A model generated the notes under the pieces. The model was not told where the DNA came from. It worked only from the letters and a program-made list of their open reading frames with translations, and did no database searches. From assembly GCA_963764175.1 (NCBI GenBank), contig CAVXRE010000013.1, forward strand, positions 193,768 through 257,767: 64,000 bases of DNA, in the 5' to 3' direction. This document shows, piece after piece, positions 17,735 to 28,439 of this stretch (positions are counted from its first letter, which is position 1; each line of letters opens with the position of its first letter). Position numbers and translations under genes: made by a program. This DNA comes from an uncultured Verrucomicrobiae bacterium (GTDB taxonomy: Bacteria; Verrucomicrobiota; Verrucomicrobiia; Limisphaerales; UBA11358).

Positions 17735-18133
17735 TCAAGGAACGATGACGAATGCCCGCGGCAAAAGTTCACGCACGGAAAATTCCCGGCTTTTTTTCAA
17801 ATCACGGCTGTCCGCAACCCACACCCTCGCGGCCGGCGCGTATTCGGCCAGCAATTGCCGGCAGGCGCCGCAGGGCATCGGCCCGCCCGCCGCGCGCGCC
17901 ACGACCGCCACCGCGACAAAATTCCTCTTCCCGCCGGTCAACGCCTTGAACAGGGCCACGCGCTCCGCGCAGCAGGTCAAGCCGTAGCTCGCGCTCTCGA
18001 CATTCGCGCCGCCGATGATTTCGCCGGACTTCGTGAGCAGCGCCGCGCCGACCTTGAATTTGGAATACGGGGCGACCGATCCTTCGCGCGCCTTTGCCGC
18101 CGCGCGAATCAATGTTTGGGAATTGATTTTCAT
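17735..18133 (-). CDS. cdd: Cytidine deaminase
   Basis: Zinc motifs CCAERVA and PCGACRQ. Preferred ATG at 18133 (MKINSQTLIRAA) avoids overlap with the upstream PNP gene. Confidence 0.85.
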   Translation of the reverse strand: MKINSQTLIRAAAKAREGSVAPYSKFKVGAALLTKSGEIIGGANVESASYGLTCCAERVALFKALTGGKRNFVAVAVVARAAGGPMPCGACRQLLAEYAPAARVWVADSRDLKKSREFSVRELLPRAFVIVP

Positions 18134-18161
18134 TTTGGGAGGGACGGTCGCCGTCCCCAAT

Positions 18162-19004
18162 TCAGGGTCGCCGACACGGCAACCCTCCCGAATACAATTC
18201 TGCAAAATTAACCAGCAATTCCGCTGCCAGAACCTTCACCCGCCCGGCTGTTTCCAGCACCTCGGCGTGGGACAGTTTTTCTTTTCCGCGCCCCGCGGCC
18301 GGATTGGTCACACACGACACGGCCGCGACGTTCAAACCGCATTGCCGCGCCGCCATCGCCTCCGGCACCGTGCTCATGCCGACCGCGTCCGCGCCAAGCC
18401 GCGCAAACGCGCGGATTTCCGCCGGCGTCTCGTAGCTCGGCCCGCCCATGGCAATGTAAACTCCCGGACGAAGTTTGATTCTGCCCGCGCGCGCGGCCTT
18501 GAGCAACAACGCGTTCAACCGCGCGTCATAAACCTGCGTCATGTCCACGAACCGCGGCAGGCCCGGCGCGGTTTCGCCGCGCAACGGATTCGCGCCCATG
18601 AAATTGATGTGGTCGGCCAGCAGCATGAAATCGCCGGGGCGGAATTTCTTGCTGATGCCGCCCGCCGCGTTCGTCAGCAGCAAATCGCGGATGCCGAAGG
18701 CCGCAAGCGCGCGGACGGCGAACGTGACGCGTTCCATCGGATGGCCCTCGTAAAAATGCGCGCGCCCGCTCAAAACCAAAACCGGTGTTTTGCCGAGCCG
18801 GCCAAAATACAATTCCCCGGCGTGGCCGCTCACGGTTGGAACGGGAAAACCCGGAATTTTCGCGTAAGGAACTTTTTCCTCCACGCGCAATCTGGCCAGG
18901 ACGTGATGAAATCCGCTGCCGAGAACGATGGCGAGCGTCGGGCGCAACCGCGAAACTTTTTCGAGCCGCGCGGCGGCTGTTCGGTGTGCACCAATTGGAT
19001 TCAT
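18162..19004 (-). CDS. Purine nucleoside phosphorylase (PNP/MTAP family)
   Basis: Motifs IVLGSGF, GHAGELYFG, MGGPSYETPAE and GMSTVPE. The start is ambiguous (19004 preferred, 19049 possible). Confidence 0.85.
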   Translation of the reverse strand: MNPIGAHRTAAARLEKVSRLRPTLAIVLGSGFHHVLARLRVEEKVPYAKIPGFPVPTVSGHAGELYFGRLGKTPVLVLSGRAHFYEGHPMERVTFAVRALAAFGIRDLLLTNAAGGISKKFRPGDFMLLADHINFMGANPLRGETAPGLPRFVDMTQVYDARLNALLLKAARAGRIKLRPGVYIAMGGPSYETPAEIRAFARLGADAVGMSTVPEAMAARQCGLNVAAVSCVTNPAAGRGKEKLSHAEVLETAGRVKVLAAELLVNFAELYSGGLPCRRP

Positions 19005-19057
19005 TTGGCGTTGGCTTGATTTATTCCGCATCTGCCCTACTTTGTTCAACTTGATTT

Positions 19058-20203
19058 ATGGAATTGAACAATGACGAAATCCGCCGCTATTCGCGGCACC
19101 TGATTCTGCCCGAAGTCGGCCTGGCAGGCCAAAAGAAAATCAAGGCCGCCAGCGTCCTGTGCATCGGCTCCGGCGGCCTCGGCTCGCCCATCGCCATGTA
19201 TCTCGCCGCCGCCGGCATCGGCAAACTCGGCCTCGTGGATTTCGACACCGTGGATTATTCCAACCTCCAGCGGCAACTGCTGCACACCGACGCCGACGTG
19301 GGCCGCCCGAAAACGGAATCGGCGAAGGAAACAATCCGCGGCATCAATCCGAACGTCGAGGTTGTCCTGTACAACACCCGCATCACTTCGGAAAACGCGC
19401 TCGACCTCATCCGGCCCTACGACATCGTGGTGGACGGCACGGACAATTTCCCGACCCGCTATCTCACAAACGACGCGTGCGTGCTGCTCAAAAAGCCGAA
19501 CGTCTATGGCTCGATTTTCCGTTTCGAGGGGCAGGCCAGCGTGTTCGCGCCGCATCTGGGCGGGCCGTGTTACCGCTGTCTTTATCCCGAACCGCCGCCG
19601 CCCGGCATGGTGCCCAGTTGCGCGGAGGGCGGCGTGCTCGGCGTGCTGCCCGGCATCATCGGCTGCATCCAGGCCACGGAAATCTTGAAACTCGCCATCG
19701 GCAGGGGCAGTTCGCTCGTCGGACGTCTGCTCCTGTTCAACGCGCTCGAACTCAAGTTCCGCGAGTTGAAATTGCGCCGCGATCCGGCGTGTCCCGTTTG
19801 CGGCGAGCATCCGACCATCAGGGAATTGATTGATTACGACCAGTTCTGCGGCATCGTGCCGGAGCCGGAACCAACATCAAATCCCGATGAAGTCACGGTG
19901 CAGGACATGAAAAAGGCGCTGGACGACCCGAAGCTCGGCATCAAGGTCGTGGACGTGCGCGAACCGGACGAATACGACATCGCAAAGGTCAGGGGCGTGC
20001 CGCTGCTGCCGCTGAGCGAATTGCAAAGCCGCTTCACCGAGCTGGACCCGAACACGCAATATTATCTGCATTGCAAGGGCGGCGTGCGGTCGTTGAAGGC
20101 GGTGAATTTTTTGAAGCAGCAGGGCTTCAAATACGTCAAGAGCGTCAAAGGCGGCATCAGCGCGTGGTCGGATGAAATTGATTCGAACGTGCCGAAGTAT
20201 TGA
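19058..20203 (+). CDS. moeB: ThiF/MoeB-type adenylyltransferase with C-terminal rhodanese domain (MoeZ-like)
   Basis: Nucleotide loop VLCIGSGGLGSP, zinc Cys pairs (CYRC, CPVC) and a rhodanese active-site loop (CKGGVRS). Confidence 0.85.
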   Translation: MELNNDEIRRYSRHLILPEVGLAGQKKIKAASVLCIGSGGLGSPIAMYLAAAGIGKLGLVDFDTVDYSNLQRQLLHTDADVGRPKTESAKETIRGINPNVEVVLYNTRITSENALDLIRPYDIVVDGTDNFPTRYLTNDACVLLKKPNVYGSIFRFEGQASVFAPHLGGPCYRCLYPEPPPPGMVPSCAEGGVLGVLPGIIGCIQATEILKLAIGRGSSLVGRLLLFNALELKFRELKLRRDPACPVCGEHPTIRELIDYDQFCGIVPEPEPTSNPDEVTVQDMKKALDDPKLGIKVVDVREPDEYDIAKVRGVPLLPLSELQSRFTELDPNTQYYLHCKGGVRSLKAVNFLKQQGFKYVKSVKGGISAWSDEIDSNVPKY

Positions 20204-20277
20204 GTTTGATGAACCGCGCTCGGTGGAAATCGTCAGGCCCGGTCAAATTTATTTCCGTGCAACGCGGGCAGAGGCCC

Positions 20278-22182
20278 TTAATCACCGGGTAATTCCTGAT
20301 GCAAATGAACCAGATAAATATGTCTTTGCGGTCGTCCGGGCTGCATTGTGAATGACACTTGGTCAACCAGGTCGCCTTGATACTGGCTCATCCATTGTTC
20401 AATGTTTTCATTTGCAGCTTGAAGCGCGTTGTCTTCCACCACGATATAATGAATCCCAAGCAGTCGTAATTGTTCCGGCGTGTCGCCTGCCAAAACCCAT
20501 TCGACCCGCCGTTGTCCGAAGGGCAACCAGAGTCCAACCTCACTTCCGCCGAGCGTGCTGGCGAAGCCCACGACACGTTCGTCCGGTGGCAACTCTCTTG
20601 CGATATGATACCGCCGGCTTTCAAGCAGCGAAGACCGGACGGTGTAGGATTGCAAGGCTCTTGTGGCGAGTTCCGAGTGCGGATTTTTTTGATGAAGCCA
20701 GCCCAGAACGGTCTGGGCTGGGAACAGCGGGCGGTATCGTGACACCACCAGCAACATTGCCGTGAACAGCATGACCAGCAGGCCAAGCCGCTGCCACCAC
20801 GTCCGGCGCGTCAGACAATCGTGCCCTGCCCCGGCCAGCAGCAGCGGGAAAAGGAATGGATAATAGGGAGCCAACTGGCGCGCGTTCTCATAAGTGCCGA
20901 CCTTGGCCATGAACAGAAGCAGCAAAAGCCACGGCACCAGGCGCAACATCCGCATTTGCATTCCGCCCGCAACCCGCGCTCCGCCAGCCGTCGTTCCTGG
21001 ACGTCGCGCGGCCCAGATGGAAACCGCCGTCAACAGGCAAATTCCCAGCCCGATGCCCGCGTTTCCTTCCGAGACACCATGCGCCCCAAAACTCAACCGG
21101 CCGAAAAATTCAAACGAAGCAAAATGAGACCCGAACGGCGTCTGCACGAAATGTTCCATGGTTGCGTTCCATGATTCCACCCAGGGGAATACAGGCGGCA
21201 ATAGGTTTTGAAGCGGAATGCAGAACGCGTTTCCGATAATTCCCCAGAAGGGGGAATCCAGGTGCAAATTCGAGGCGTTCATTGGAATTCCCGTCCAGGT
21301 TCCCTGGTGCTTTAAATTGAGAACCGTCATCGGCACGATGGAAACAAGCAAACTCACGGCCACCATTGCCACGGTCACAACCGGCTGTTTGAGCAACAAC
21401 TTCAAACCCGGCCACGCCGCAATGAACCACAGCAACACCAGCGGAAGGTTTGTCTGCTTGGTATCGGTTAACAATGCGACGGCGAGCAGGGACAGCAACA
21501 GATCGCCTGTACGCCCGCTTTTTCTTGCTCGCAACGCCAGATCCACCGCCGCCAGCGCGTAAATGACCGCGAAACTGTCGTTGCCCACCGAACCGGCTTG
21601 CATCGTGTAACACCAGCCGGATGACAGCAGCCATGCCCACCACCATGCCACGCGCGCGCGCACCCGCAATCGCGTGAAGACGCTGAAAATCAAACCGGGC
21701 AGCATCAGATAGGACAACCAGTTGATCAAAAACAGAAACCGGTCGGTGCGTGTGAACAGTATCAACGGCGCCGACAGCCATTCCCATCCGCAAGCCGCGG
21801 CGTTCATGCGGAAATCAAAGGTGTGAATCCAGTGCCACTGGTTCTGCCCCAGCCAGTGCAACACCCGCGGGATGCGATAGGCGTCTGAATCGCCGTTGTT
21901 CGGCACGTACAGCATTCCTCCGGTCAGTGCCATCAACGCCAGTGCCAGGAACAACAGCGCCCCGGGGCGTCTGAAACGATGCAGTAATTTATGCCTGGCG
22001 CGGTGAATGGTTTCCCATGACTGCCATTTGAAATTTCGCCAGCGCCAAACTCCCGCAATCGCGGCGATGGCAAATACCACCAGATAGCCGCCACGATTCA
22101 ATTCGTGAAGCGCCGATAAAACCCAGCCCGCGCCGCATAGCAGCGCGGAGAGCAGAATCCAGGCGCGCACGGCGTTCAGCAT
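20278..22182 (-). CDS. Large polytopic membrane protein, putative GT-C-fold glycosyltransferase (paralog 1)
   Basis: 634 aa with more than 10 TM helices. The first extracytoplasmic loop carries NGDSDAYRIPRVLHWL. It is full-length similar to ORF 42265..44166. Confidence 0.6.
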   Translation of the reverse strand: MLNAVRAWILLSALLCGAGWVLSALHELNRGGYLVVFAIAAIAGVWRWRNFKWQSWETIHRARHKLLHRFRRPGALLFLALALMALTGGMLYVPNNGDSDAYRIPRVLHWLGQNQWHWIHTFDFRMNAAACGWEWLSAPLILFTRTDRFLFLINWLSYLMLPGLIFSVFTRLRVRARVAWWWAWLLSSGWCYTMQAGSVGNDSFAVIYALAAVDLALRARKSGRTGDLLLSLLAVALLTDTKQTNLPLVLLWFIAAWPGLKLLLKQPVVTVAMVAVSLLVSIVPMTVLNLKHQGTWTGIPMNASNLHLDSPFWGIIGNAFCIPLQNLLPPVFPWVESWNATMEHFVQTPFGSHFASFEFFGRLSFGAHGVSEGNAGIGLGICLLTAVSIWAARRPGTTAGGARVAGGMQMRMLRLVPWLLLLLFMAKVGTYENARQLAPYYPFLFPLLLAGAGHDCLTRRTWWQRLGLLVMLFTAMLLVVSRYRPLFPAQTVLGWLHQKNPHSELATRALQSYTVRSSLLESRRYHIARELPPDERVVGFASTLGGSEVGLWLPFGQRRVEWVLAGDTPEQLRLLGIHYIVVEDNALQAANENIEQWMSQYQGDLVDQVSFTMQPGRPQRHIYLVHLHQELPGD

Positions 22183-22220
22183 AAATTAAAACGAGACTGC
22201 CACGCCGTCTCGTGGCAGAC
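22183..22220 (-). terminator. Intrinsic terminator after the GT9/Wzy-like genes
   Basis: The minus strand reads GTCTGCCACG-AGACGG-CGTGGCAGTC followed by TCGTTTTAATTT, immediately before the ATG at 22182. Confidence 0.5.
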
Positions 22221-22260
22221 AATTTGATTTTGGCCGGACGAGGCGGACAGTTGCTTGCGA

Positions 22261-23289
22261 TTACGACGGGTTTCGCAGATGGGCGGCGGCGAATTTTTCA
22301 ACGCTCACCCATGCTTCCTCTTCGGTGATGTTCCACAAACAGTGCGGCGAGGCGTACCGGCAGTAATCCGAGCAGGGTTTGTAAGGACAGGATTTGCCCT
22401 CAATCCACTCCGCCGCCGGGTGCAGCGGCGCAAACCACTCCGGCAACTGCGGCCCGAAAAGCGTGAACGTCGGCACCCCGCAAAACGCGGCCAGATGCCC
22501 CGGCCCGGAATCGTTGCCGATGAACGCGCCCGCGTCATCCATCAGCGCAATCAATTCCGTCACGTTGGCCGGAGTTGCCACACCGGCTTCGCCCGCCTTC
22601 AACCACCAGTCGCGCTGGTCGGAGTCGCAAGCGACCTGGACAGAAAACGCCTTCCCTCGCAGCCGTTCGGCCAATTGTCGGTATCGTTCCAACGGCCACA
22701 CGCGCACCGGCTGGCCGGCGCCGCTGTGAATCAGCACCTTCCGGCCGCCACGCGAGGCCGGCTGGAGGACTTTTTCACGGGACGGGAGCGACACGTCCAA
22801 GGCCCGTCCGATGACGCGCCAGGATTCATAGCGATGTTCCTCCGGTTCCGCGCGGGCGACCGGCTGCGTCAAAAAACACTGGCTGCCCATGCGCCGAAAC
22901 CCAAGCCGGTTCTTTGCGCCGAAGAGTTTCAAAAGCAGATGGTCCCGCGGGTCCCAGCGCGCGGAGATGCCAGTTTCAAAATGGCCGGCCGCCAGCCTCC
23001 GGCGCAGCCGAACCATTTCCAGCAGCGGCCAGCGCCAGAGATGATATTTGTTTTTGAACGCGGTCCACGGCGCGGTGAAGGTGACGACTTTCACCTCCGG
23101 CCACAGGCGGGGTTGCAAATCGAGCGCGAAGGGCTTGGCCAGCAAAGTAACGTCATATCTCTCGGCGACGGCGCGGATGAATGGCGTCGCAATCACCAGG
23201 TCGCCCAGCCCCCAGAGTTCGACGATGAGCAATTTGGATTTCACGATTGACGATGCGTTCCGGGCCGATGGAACGAGCGCGGGTTGCAT
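22261..23289 (-). CDS. Glycosyltransferase family 9 (heptosyltransferase-like)
   Basis: Motifs WGLGDLVIATPFIRA and GNDSGPGHLAAFCGVPTFTLFGP. The preferred start at 23289 overlaps the upstream stop codon (coupled). Confidence 0.8.
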   Translation of the reverse strand: MQPALVPSARNASSIVKSKLLIVELWGLGDLVIATPFIRAVAERYDVTLLAKPFALDLQPRLWPEVKVVTFTAPWTAFKNKYHLWRWPLLEMVRLRRRLAAGHFETGISARWDPRDHLLLKLFGAKNRLGFRRMGSQCFLTQPVARAEPEEHRYESWRVIGRALDVSLPSREKVLQPASRGGRKVLIHSGAGQPVRVWPLERYRQLAERLRGKAFSVQVACDSDQRDWWLKAGEAGVATPANVTELIALMDDAGAFIGNDSGPGHLAAFCGVPTFTLFGPQLPEWFAPLHPAAEWIEGKSCPYKPCSDYCRYASPHCLWNITEEEAWVSVEKFAAAHLRNPS

Positions 23290-24851
23290 CACCGTGTGAA
23301 GGCCGGGCCGGGCCGGGAACCCGGCAAAGCGCCGCGCGGACGGAGGAATGGTTCCTTTGCTTGAACCGGCTGCGGCGCCGGCTCGCACATGCCACCGTTG
23401 AGGGCGATGCCTAATCCGATGGCACCGACAAATTTCGACAAGTCAAGACTCAGTGCGCCGCCAATAAACATGAATTGGATGACGTAAGCTAGGAATGCCG
23501 CAAAAAGGAAGGTGTTGATGGTTTGCAGTGATGGATCGCCATACCGGTAATTGCAACGCAATACTCGGAAGCCGGCCGCCAAAAACCAGAGAAACGTGAT
23601 GCACCCCCAAATGCCGAAGGGGATGATAACCGAAAGCGGCCCATTGTGGTAATCGTAGGCGAGCGCCAGTGAGTTTTGACCCGGATCAAAATTACCGGCA
23701 GCGTCGGACAGGGCCGTTTGGCCCATCATCTCGTTGTAATCCTCGGGTGTGATGGCCATTCCTTTGCCCAGCAGAAGGTATTGGGGTATCTGCGGCATAA
23801 GGGCCTTCCACATATTGACGCGCCAGTCCACAGTTGTTTGCGCCGCCTCCCTGGCTGCGGGATTAATTTGCAGCGGCAGAAAGGCCAGCGTCCGTTGAAA
23901 GGTAAACGGCAGTTTGTTCGCCAGTGGAACGATGGCAACCGCCGCCAGCACCCCGAAAAAGGCGAAGATCGGCAGCAATCTGGTCCGATGCATTCCTTCC
24001 ATGAAAAATTGAAGGGCAAAAATCAGCACGACGAACAAAAACACGCCGCGGAATCCGCCCAAAAAAACCATCAAGAGTGACAAGATCAACAGGACTGGCC
24101 GCCACAGTTTGCCTTCAAGAAAAATGCCGCGAATGCCATATCTGGCCAACAGGAAGCACCAGAGCATGACCCCGGCCGAGGAAAATCCCCCCAAACGGGT
24201 CTCTCCCAGTTCAAAATTTTGAAAGGCATAGCCGGTCGGCGGGAAAAACCAGAAGATGGGATAAGCCCACGAAGGCACAAAGGGAAACAAATCCCCGATA
24301 ATACTCGACAAGCCGCCCAGAAAAAACAGCCCCACATATAAACCTGCCCGCTGGGGAGGGATGCGCCGGGCCGTGAGCGCAAAATAGCTCAAAACACCAA
24401 TCACCAGGTAAATATATTTCTTGCCCCCGTAAACATCCGAACCAAACGCATGCAAACCAAACCCGCCGGTAAATTTGGCGGTAACCAGCACCACGCCCAT
24501 CAGGCATATCAGCGGCCAAGTTATCTGGGGCACGGGAATGAAACGCCTCTGGCTGTTCAAGGCCCTCTCCACCACGGATATCCCCAAGCTCAGCACCACC
24601 ATCACGAGCCCTAAACTGGGTGCTCCTTTTATAAAAAACAGGGTTATGCCCAGGTTCCAGCTTAATACGAGCAACGGGTGATGCCAGCGGAGCAGCAAGG
24701 GTGAAATCAGCAAGAGCGCAAGGACGCCGAAAAGTCCAAGGGTCGAATAATCCATCGGATCGGTCAGCATAAAACCGACGATGACGGCCAGCGGCACGCA
24801 AACCGCATAGACGATGAGCGACCTTAGGATGACGGGAGCATTATTCATCAA
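23289..24851 (-). CDS. Wzy-type O-antigen polymerase/ligase-like polytopic membrane protein
   Basis: 520 aa with about 12 TM helices and a large late periplasmic loop. It sits in a glycan locus next to GT9 and GT4 genes. Confidence 0.65.
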   Translation of the reverse strand: MMNNAPVILRSLIVYAVCVPLAVIVGFMLTDPMDYSTLGLFGVLALLLISPLLLRWHHPLLVLSWNLGITLFFIKGAPSLGLVMVVLSLGISVVERALNSQRRFIPVPQITWPLICLMGVVLVTAKFTGGFGLHAFGSDVYGGKKYIYLVIGVLSYFALTARRIPPQRAGLYVGLFFLGGLSSIIGDLFPFVPSWAYPIFWFFPPTGYAFQNFELGETRLGGFSSAGVMLWCFLLARYGIRGIFLEGKLWRPVLLILSLLMVFLGGFRGVFLFVVLIFALQFFMEGMHRTRLLPIFAFFGVLAAVAIVPLANKLPFTFQRTLAFLPLQINPAAREAAQTTVDWRVNMWKALMPQIPQYLLLGKGMAITPEDYNEMMGQTALSDAAGNFDPGQNSLALAYDYHNGPLSVIIPFGIWGCITFLWFLAAGFRVLRCNYRYGDPSLQTINTFLFAAFLAYVIQFMFIGGALSLDLSKFVGAIGLGIALNGGMCEPAPQPVQAKEPFLRPRGALPGSRPGPAFTR

Positions 24852-25023
24852 CCTGCAAACTGCACCTGTGGAACACGGTCATGCAACACCATTTACTCTA
24901 CCTCAATCCACCAAATCTCGGCAACCAGATTGTTCCCGCGGCGGACCGGAAATCAGGTTTGGTTGTGGCAGCGGTCGGTGACCGCCGCACACGGCTCGCA
25001 GAGCGCCGATACAATCAAATCCA

Positions 25024-26172
25024 TCAACTGGCTTTTATCACTTCCTCGTAAATATCCACGTGCCGCCTCGCCAAAACGTCAGGATGATAGCGTTCCCGGA
25101 TGATGGCGGCATTGCCAATCGGGCGGGGGTGTCCTTGTGAAATCCACCGGGCAATGGCGGCGGTCAACCCCGCCCAATCGTCCGGTGCAAAAAGTTCCGC
25201 TCCGGGCATGTTCCCGGCAGTGTCCACAATCCCCCCCACGCGTGCGCCAAAGAACTTCAACTCCCGCCCCAGCCCCTCAAGCACAACCATTGGGGCGGCA
25301 TCCTCGGTGGGGAAATGCAGCATGGCCGCCGCTGAATCGTAGTAATGCAGAAGTTCGCCCTCGGACGGCGTGCCCAAAAAGCGCGCGTACCCGGCTTCTT
25401 CCATCGGCTTGATACGCTTTTGAAACGCCGTGGTATAATCAGCCCCCGACGGGTGAACATAACCGATGAAGTGAAATTCAAAGTTTAATCCCTGCTGGTG
25501 GAGCGCCTCGGCCACGTCCAGCAATTCCAACTGGCGTTTCCGCGAAGAGATGGCGCCCACGTTGAGTAGAACACAGGGACGCGGGCCGGTGTCCGGGGGG
25601 GCATCCAGAAATGTCCGCCGGAGAGGATGCGGCATCAGCCATGTTCTCCGGGCGCGGGGCCGGACGAGTTTCTCGGTGTAGGACGAATTGCAAAACACGC
25701 CTGCCGTCCGGGGCAGGATAAAATTCTCAAGCCGCGCCGTCAGCCAGGCGTAACTCCCGATGTGTGGCCGGCCTAGGCGCGCCAGTTCGGCCATGTTCCC
25801 CTGCATGGCCACCACGTTGGGATGGCCCGAAAATATGGCGCTGATGGCGCACTCCCGTTCCGTTCCATCCCCCTGCACAATGTCCGGCCGGATCTCGCGC
25901 AGCTTCCGGCGGACGGCGCGAATGCACCCCTGGTATCCCGTGCGCAACCAGCCGATCTTGGGGACAAGCAACGGGTGAAACCAGATGTTGTCCGCCAGTT
26001 TTTCCGGCGATTGCACAGGCCGCTGCAGGCAGGAGATGACATGCAACTCCACATCGGACAGGCGCGCAAAACCGTCAATCAAGGAAGCGGTTCCTCCCGG
26101 CAGACAAGGCGTCGTCTCGGCATAGCGGCGATAAGTCTCGCGAAGGTCCATGGCCAGGAGCGCAATTTTCAT
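25024..26172 (-). CDS. Glycosyltransferase family 4 (GT-B)
   Basis: 382 aa with GT-B length and layout and a C-terminal acidic motif region (FPTEDAAPMVVLEGLG). Confidence 0.75.
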   Translation of the reverse strand: MKIALLAMDLRETYRRYAETTPCLPGGTASLIDGFARLSDVELHVISCLQRPVQSPEKLADNIWFHPLLVPKIGWLRTGYQGCIRAVRRKLREIRPDIVQGDGTERECAISAIFSGHPNVVAMQGNMAELARLGRPHIGSYAWLTARLENFILPRTAGVFCNSSYTEKLVRPRARRTWLMPHPLRRTFLDAPPDTGPRPCVLLNVGAISSRKRQLELLDVAEALHQQGLNFEFHFIGYVHPSGADYTTAFQKRIKPMEEAGYARFLGTPSEGELLHYYDSAAAMLHFPTEDAAPMVVLEGLGRELKFFGARVGGIVDTAGNMPGAELFAPDDWAGLTAAIARWISQGHPRPIGNAAIIRERYHPDVLARRHVDIYEEVIKAS

Positions 26173-26373
26173 TCAGCCATAAATATCAGATTGCACCGTG
26201 TCGGGCAAGCGTCGCCCCGCCGTGGCAGAGTCCTGATTTGCTGTAGCACCGACACTACAACAGCCGAATCGGGACATTACCCGTCGTGTTGGTTTGCGGG
26301 TTAAAGATTGTGCAAGTGATGCCTCCTCCGACAAAACCATTGGGCAGATTATGTTTCACAAGACCGCCTGATT

Positions 26374-27183
26374 ATGCAAAAATTACATTCTGTGAACACT
26401 CTTGGCAAATTCACGCTGTACTTGCAGGCGGCGGCCGCTCTCCGATCACCGCACTGGCGGGGGCTGCCCTTGATACCCAAATCTCTTTGCCCCGGCGTTC
26501 CGTACTCCCGCCATGCCTGCAACTCGTTCATCATCTGGATCAAGCAGCTTGACCTGCCATCCGCGAAGTTGATTGTGGATGTCGGGGCCAATCATGGCGA
26601 TTTTGCGAACGCGGCAAGCATTTGGTTTCCTGACGCGAAGGTCGTGGTGGCGGAACCGTTGCCAAAAATGCAGCGGTACCTGGAGCAAATCATCCGTGCC
26701 CGGCGAAACAAATGGCATTTGCTGCCCTGCGCCATCGGCGCGGAACGCGGAACCCTCCCGCTCTTTGTGGATGAAGGCCGCGATGACATTGCCAGTTTGG
26801 TGGGGTTCAGCGAGGAATACCGGAGGGCAAATACCCAGGCCCGGCTGGCGGGAGAAATGCTCTGCGAAGTAAAGACCCTGGACGAAACCGCGTCGGAAAT
26901 GGGAATTGACCACATTGACCTGCTGAAGATTGACGTGGAAGGTTTTGAATTCGAGGTGCTGAAGGGCGCCGGACAGATTCTGCAAAAAACCGACGCGGTC
27001 ATCATCGAAGTCTCGCTCGTAAGAAATGCTGGCACATCAAGCCCCCTTGTCGAAATGCTCGACCGCCTTGTGCGGCACGGTTTCCAGATTGTGAATGTCA
27101 TTCCCTCGCTCTTGGACACCAACGAACCCTGGAAACCTTGCGAGTTCAACATTCTCGCCCGGCGGGGGGCAAAATCACCTTGA
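26374..27183 (+). CDS. FkbM-family SAM-dependent methyltransferase
   Basis: VDVGANHGDF SAM motif and DLLKIDVEGFEFEVL, which is typical of FkbM. Confidence 0.75.
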   Translation: MQKLHSVNTLGKFTLYLQAAAALRSPHWRGLPLIPKSLCPGVPYSRHACNSFIIWIKQLDLPSAKLIVDVGANHGDFANAASIWFPDAKVVVAEPLPKMQRYLEQIIRARRNKWHLLPCAIGAERGTLPLFVDEGRDDIASLVGFSEEYRRANTQARLAGEMLCEVKTLDETASEMGIDHIDLLKIDVEGFEFEVLKGAGQILQKTDAVIIEVSLVRNAGTSSPLVEMLDRLVRHGFQIVNVIPSLLDTNEPWKPCEFNILARRGAKSP

Positions 27184-28374
27184 ATCGCGGGCCGTTTCGC
27201 CAGTTTTGATTTCCGCCCGTTTGCCCTCAATGCGACGTTTGTATTCCGCAAGCAGCCGGTCGCCATAATCCTGCCATGTGTTTCCTTCGGCGCCCTTCCG
27301 GCGAGCCGCCTCACCCATGCGCTGGTTCAGGGCACGGTCCTGCGCTAGCCGGATCATGGCGTCCGCAATCTGCCGCGGCTCCCGGGGACGGATGACAAAA
27401 CCTTCAATCCCGTCCTTGACCAGGGTGGTGGCGCCACTCTCATAGCTGGTGACAACCGGCAGGCCGGCGGCCATGGCTTCCAGAATGACAAGCGCAAATC
27501 CTTCCTCCTGGGAGGGAAGAACAAAAGCCGTGCAACCGGTCAACAGCCGTGCAAGCTCCTGGTGCGGCAAACTGGGATGATGGGTGAAGGTTCCTTCCCA
27601 GCGCGGACGTTCGAGCCGGAAATCGGGCCGGTAATTGCCCACACAAATCAGTTCTGCATCGGGGATGGCGCGCTTGACCAGTTCAAAGGCCCGGAAAAGA
27701 TATTGATGTCCTTTGCGCAAACAAACCATGCCCACCGAGATGAATCGCGGTTTTGGTGGCATGGATTTTCTCGGGACAAAAGTTGAAGTATCCACGCCGA
27801 ATGGGCTAACAAAACATTTATCCTCCGGCACACCGTTCGCCAGCATTGTGTCCTTGACGAAATTGGAAGGGCACAGAACCAGATCGGCCCGTTCCAATTC
27901 GCGGTTCATCCGGGCAAACATCCAGCGCGGGTTCGGCACATTTTCGCCGGGACACCAGATGTCGCATTCCCGCTGCATGTAACCGTAATATGTCGTGGGG
28001 TGGCTGTTCGAGGCGTCCACCACTTTCAAGGCGCCATGCCGGTCCGCCCAGTCAAACGGTTCGGTGGCAAAGCCCATGATGGCATGGACGGCATCGCATT
28101 TGGGCAGGGACTGCCGCTTCAGCCATCCGCGCCACAGGGGAAACAGGGCATAAAAAGGTTTTTCAACCCAGCACCACCATGGTGTCAGGCGATAAAACGG
28201 TTTCATGGCCAGATGAAACGGCCAGCAACGGTGGTATTTGCCGGGTGGCAGGCCTGTGCTGTTCTTGTCCGAAATCCACAGACCGGCCAGCGCGCCCCGC
28301 TCTTGAAACGCCCGGGCCGTCCGGCGCAGATGCCACGAACCGCACGTCGTCAGGAGAACTTGCATTGGCCGCAA
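27175..28374 (-). CDS. Glycosyltransferase family 4 (GT-B)
   Basis: 399 aa with the EX7E-type motif PSQEEGFALVILEAMAAGLPVV. Confidence 0.8.
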   Translation of the reverse strand: MRPMQVLLTTCGSWHLRRTARAFQERGALAGLWISDKNSTGLPPGKYHRCWPFHLAMKPFYRLTPWWCWVEKPFYALFPLWRGWLKRQSLPKCDAVHAIMGFATEPFDWADRHGALKVVDASNSHPTTYYGYMQRECDIWCPGENVPNPRWMFARMNRELERADLVLCPSNFVKDTMLANGVPEDKCFVSPFGVDTSTFVPRKSMPPKPRFISVGMVCLRKGHQYLFRAFELVKRAIPDAELICVGNYRPDFRLERPRWEGTFTHHPSLPHQELARLLTGCTAFVLPSQEEGFALVILEAMAAGLPVVTSYESGATTLVKDGIEGFVIRPREPRQIADAMIRLAQDRALNQRMGEAARRKGAEGNTWQDYGDRLLAEYKRRIEGKRAEIKTGETARDSR

Positions 28375-28439
28375 GACTGTAGGAGCCGGAGTTGGCGATT
28401 CAAGATATTTCCGCCGCCCGGACCTGGCATCTCAAACGT

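Noticed and set aside
16310-18211. 633-aa plus-strand ORF spanning the histidine kinase and cdd genes
   Set aside because: It runs antisense across two independent, motif-rich minus-strand genes and an intergenic gap, and its Arg/Pro/Gln-rich composition is typical of GC-driven open frames.
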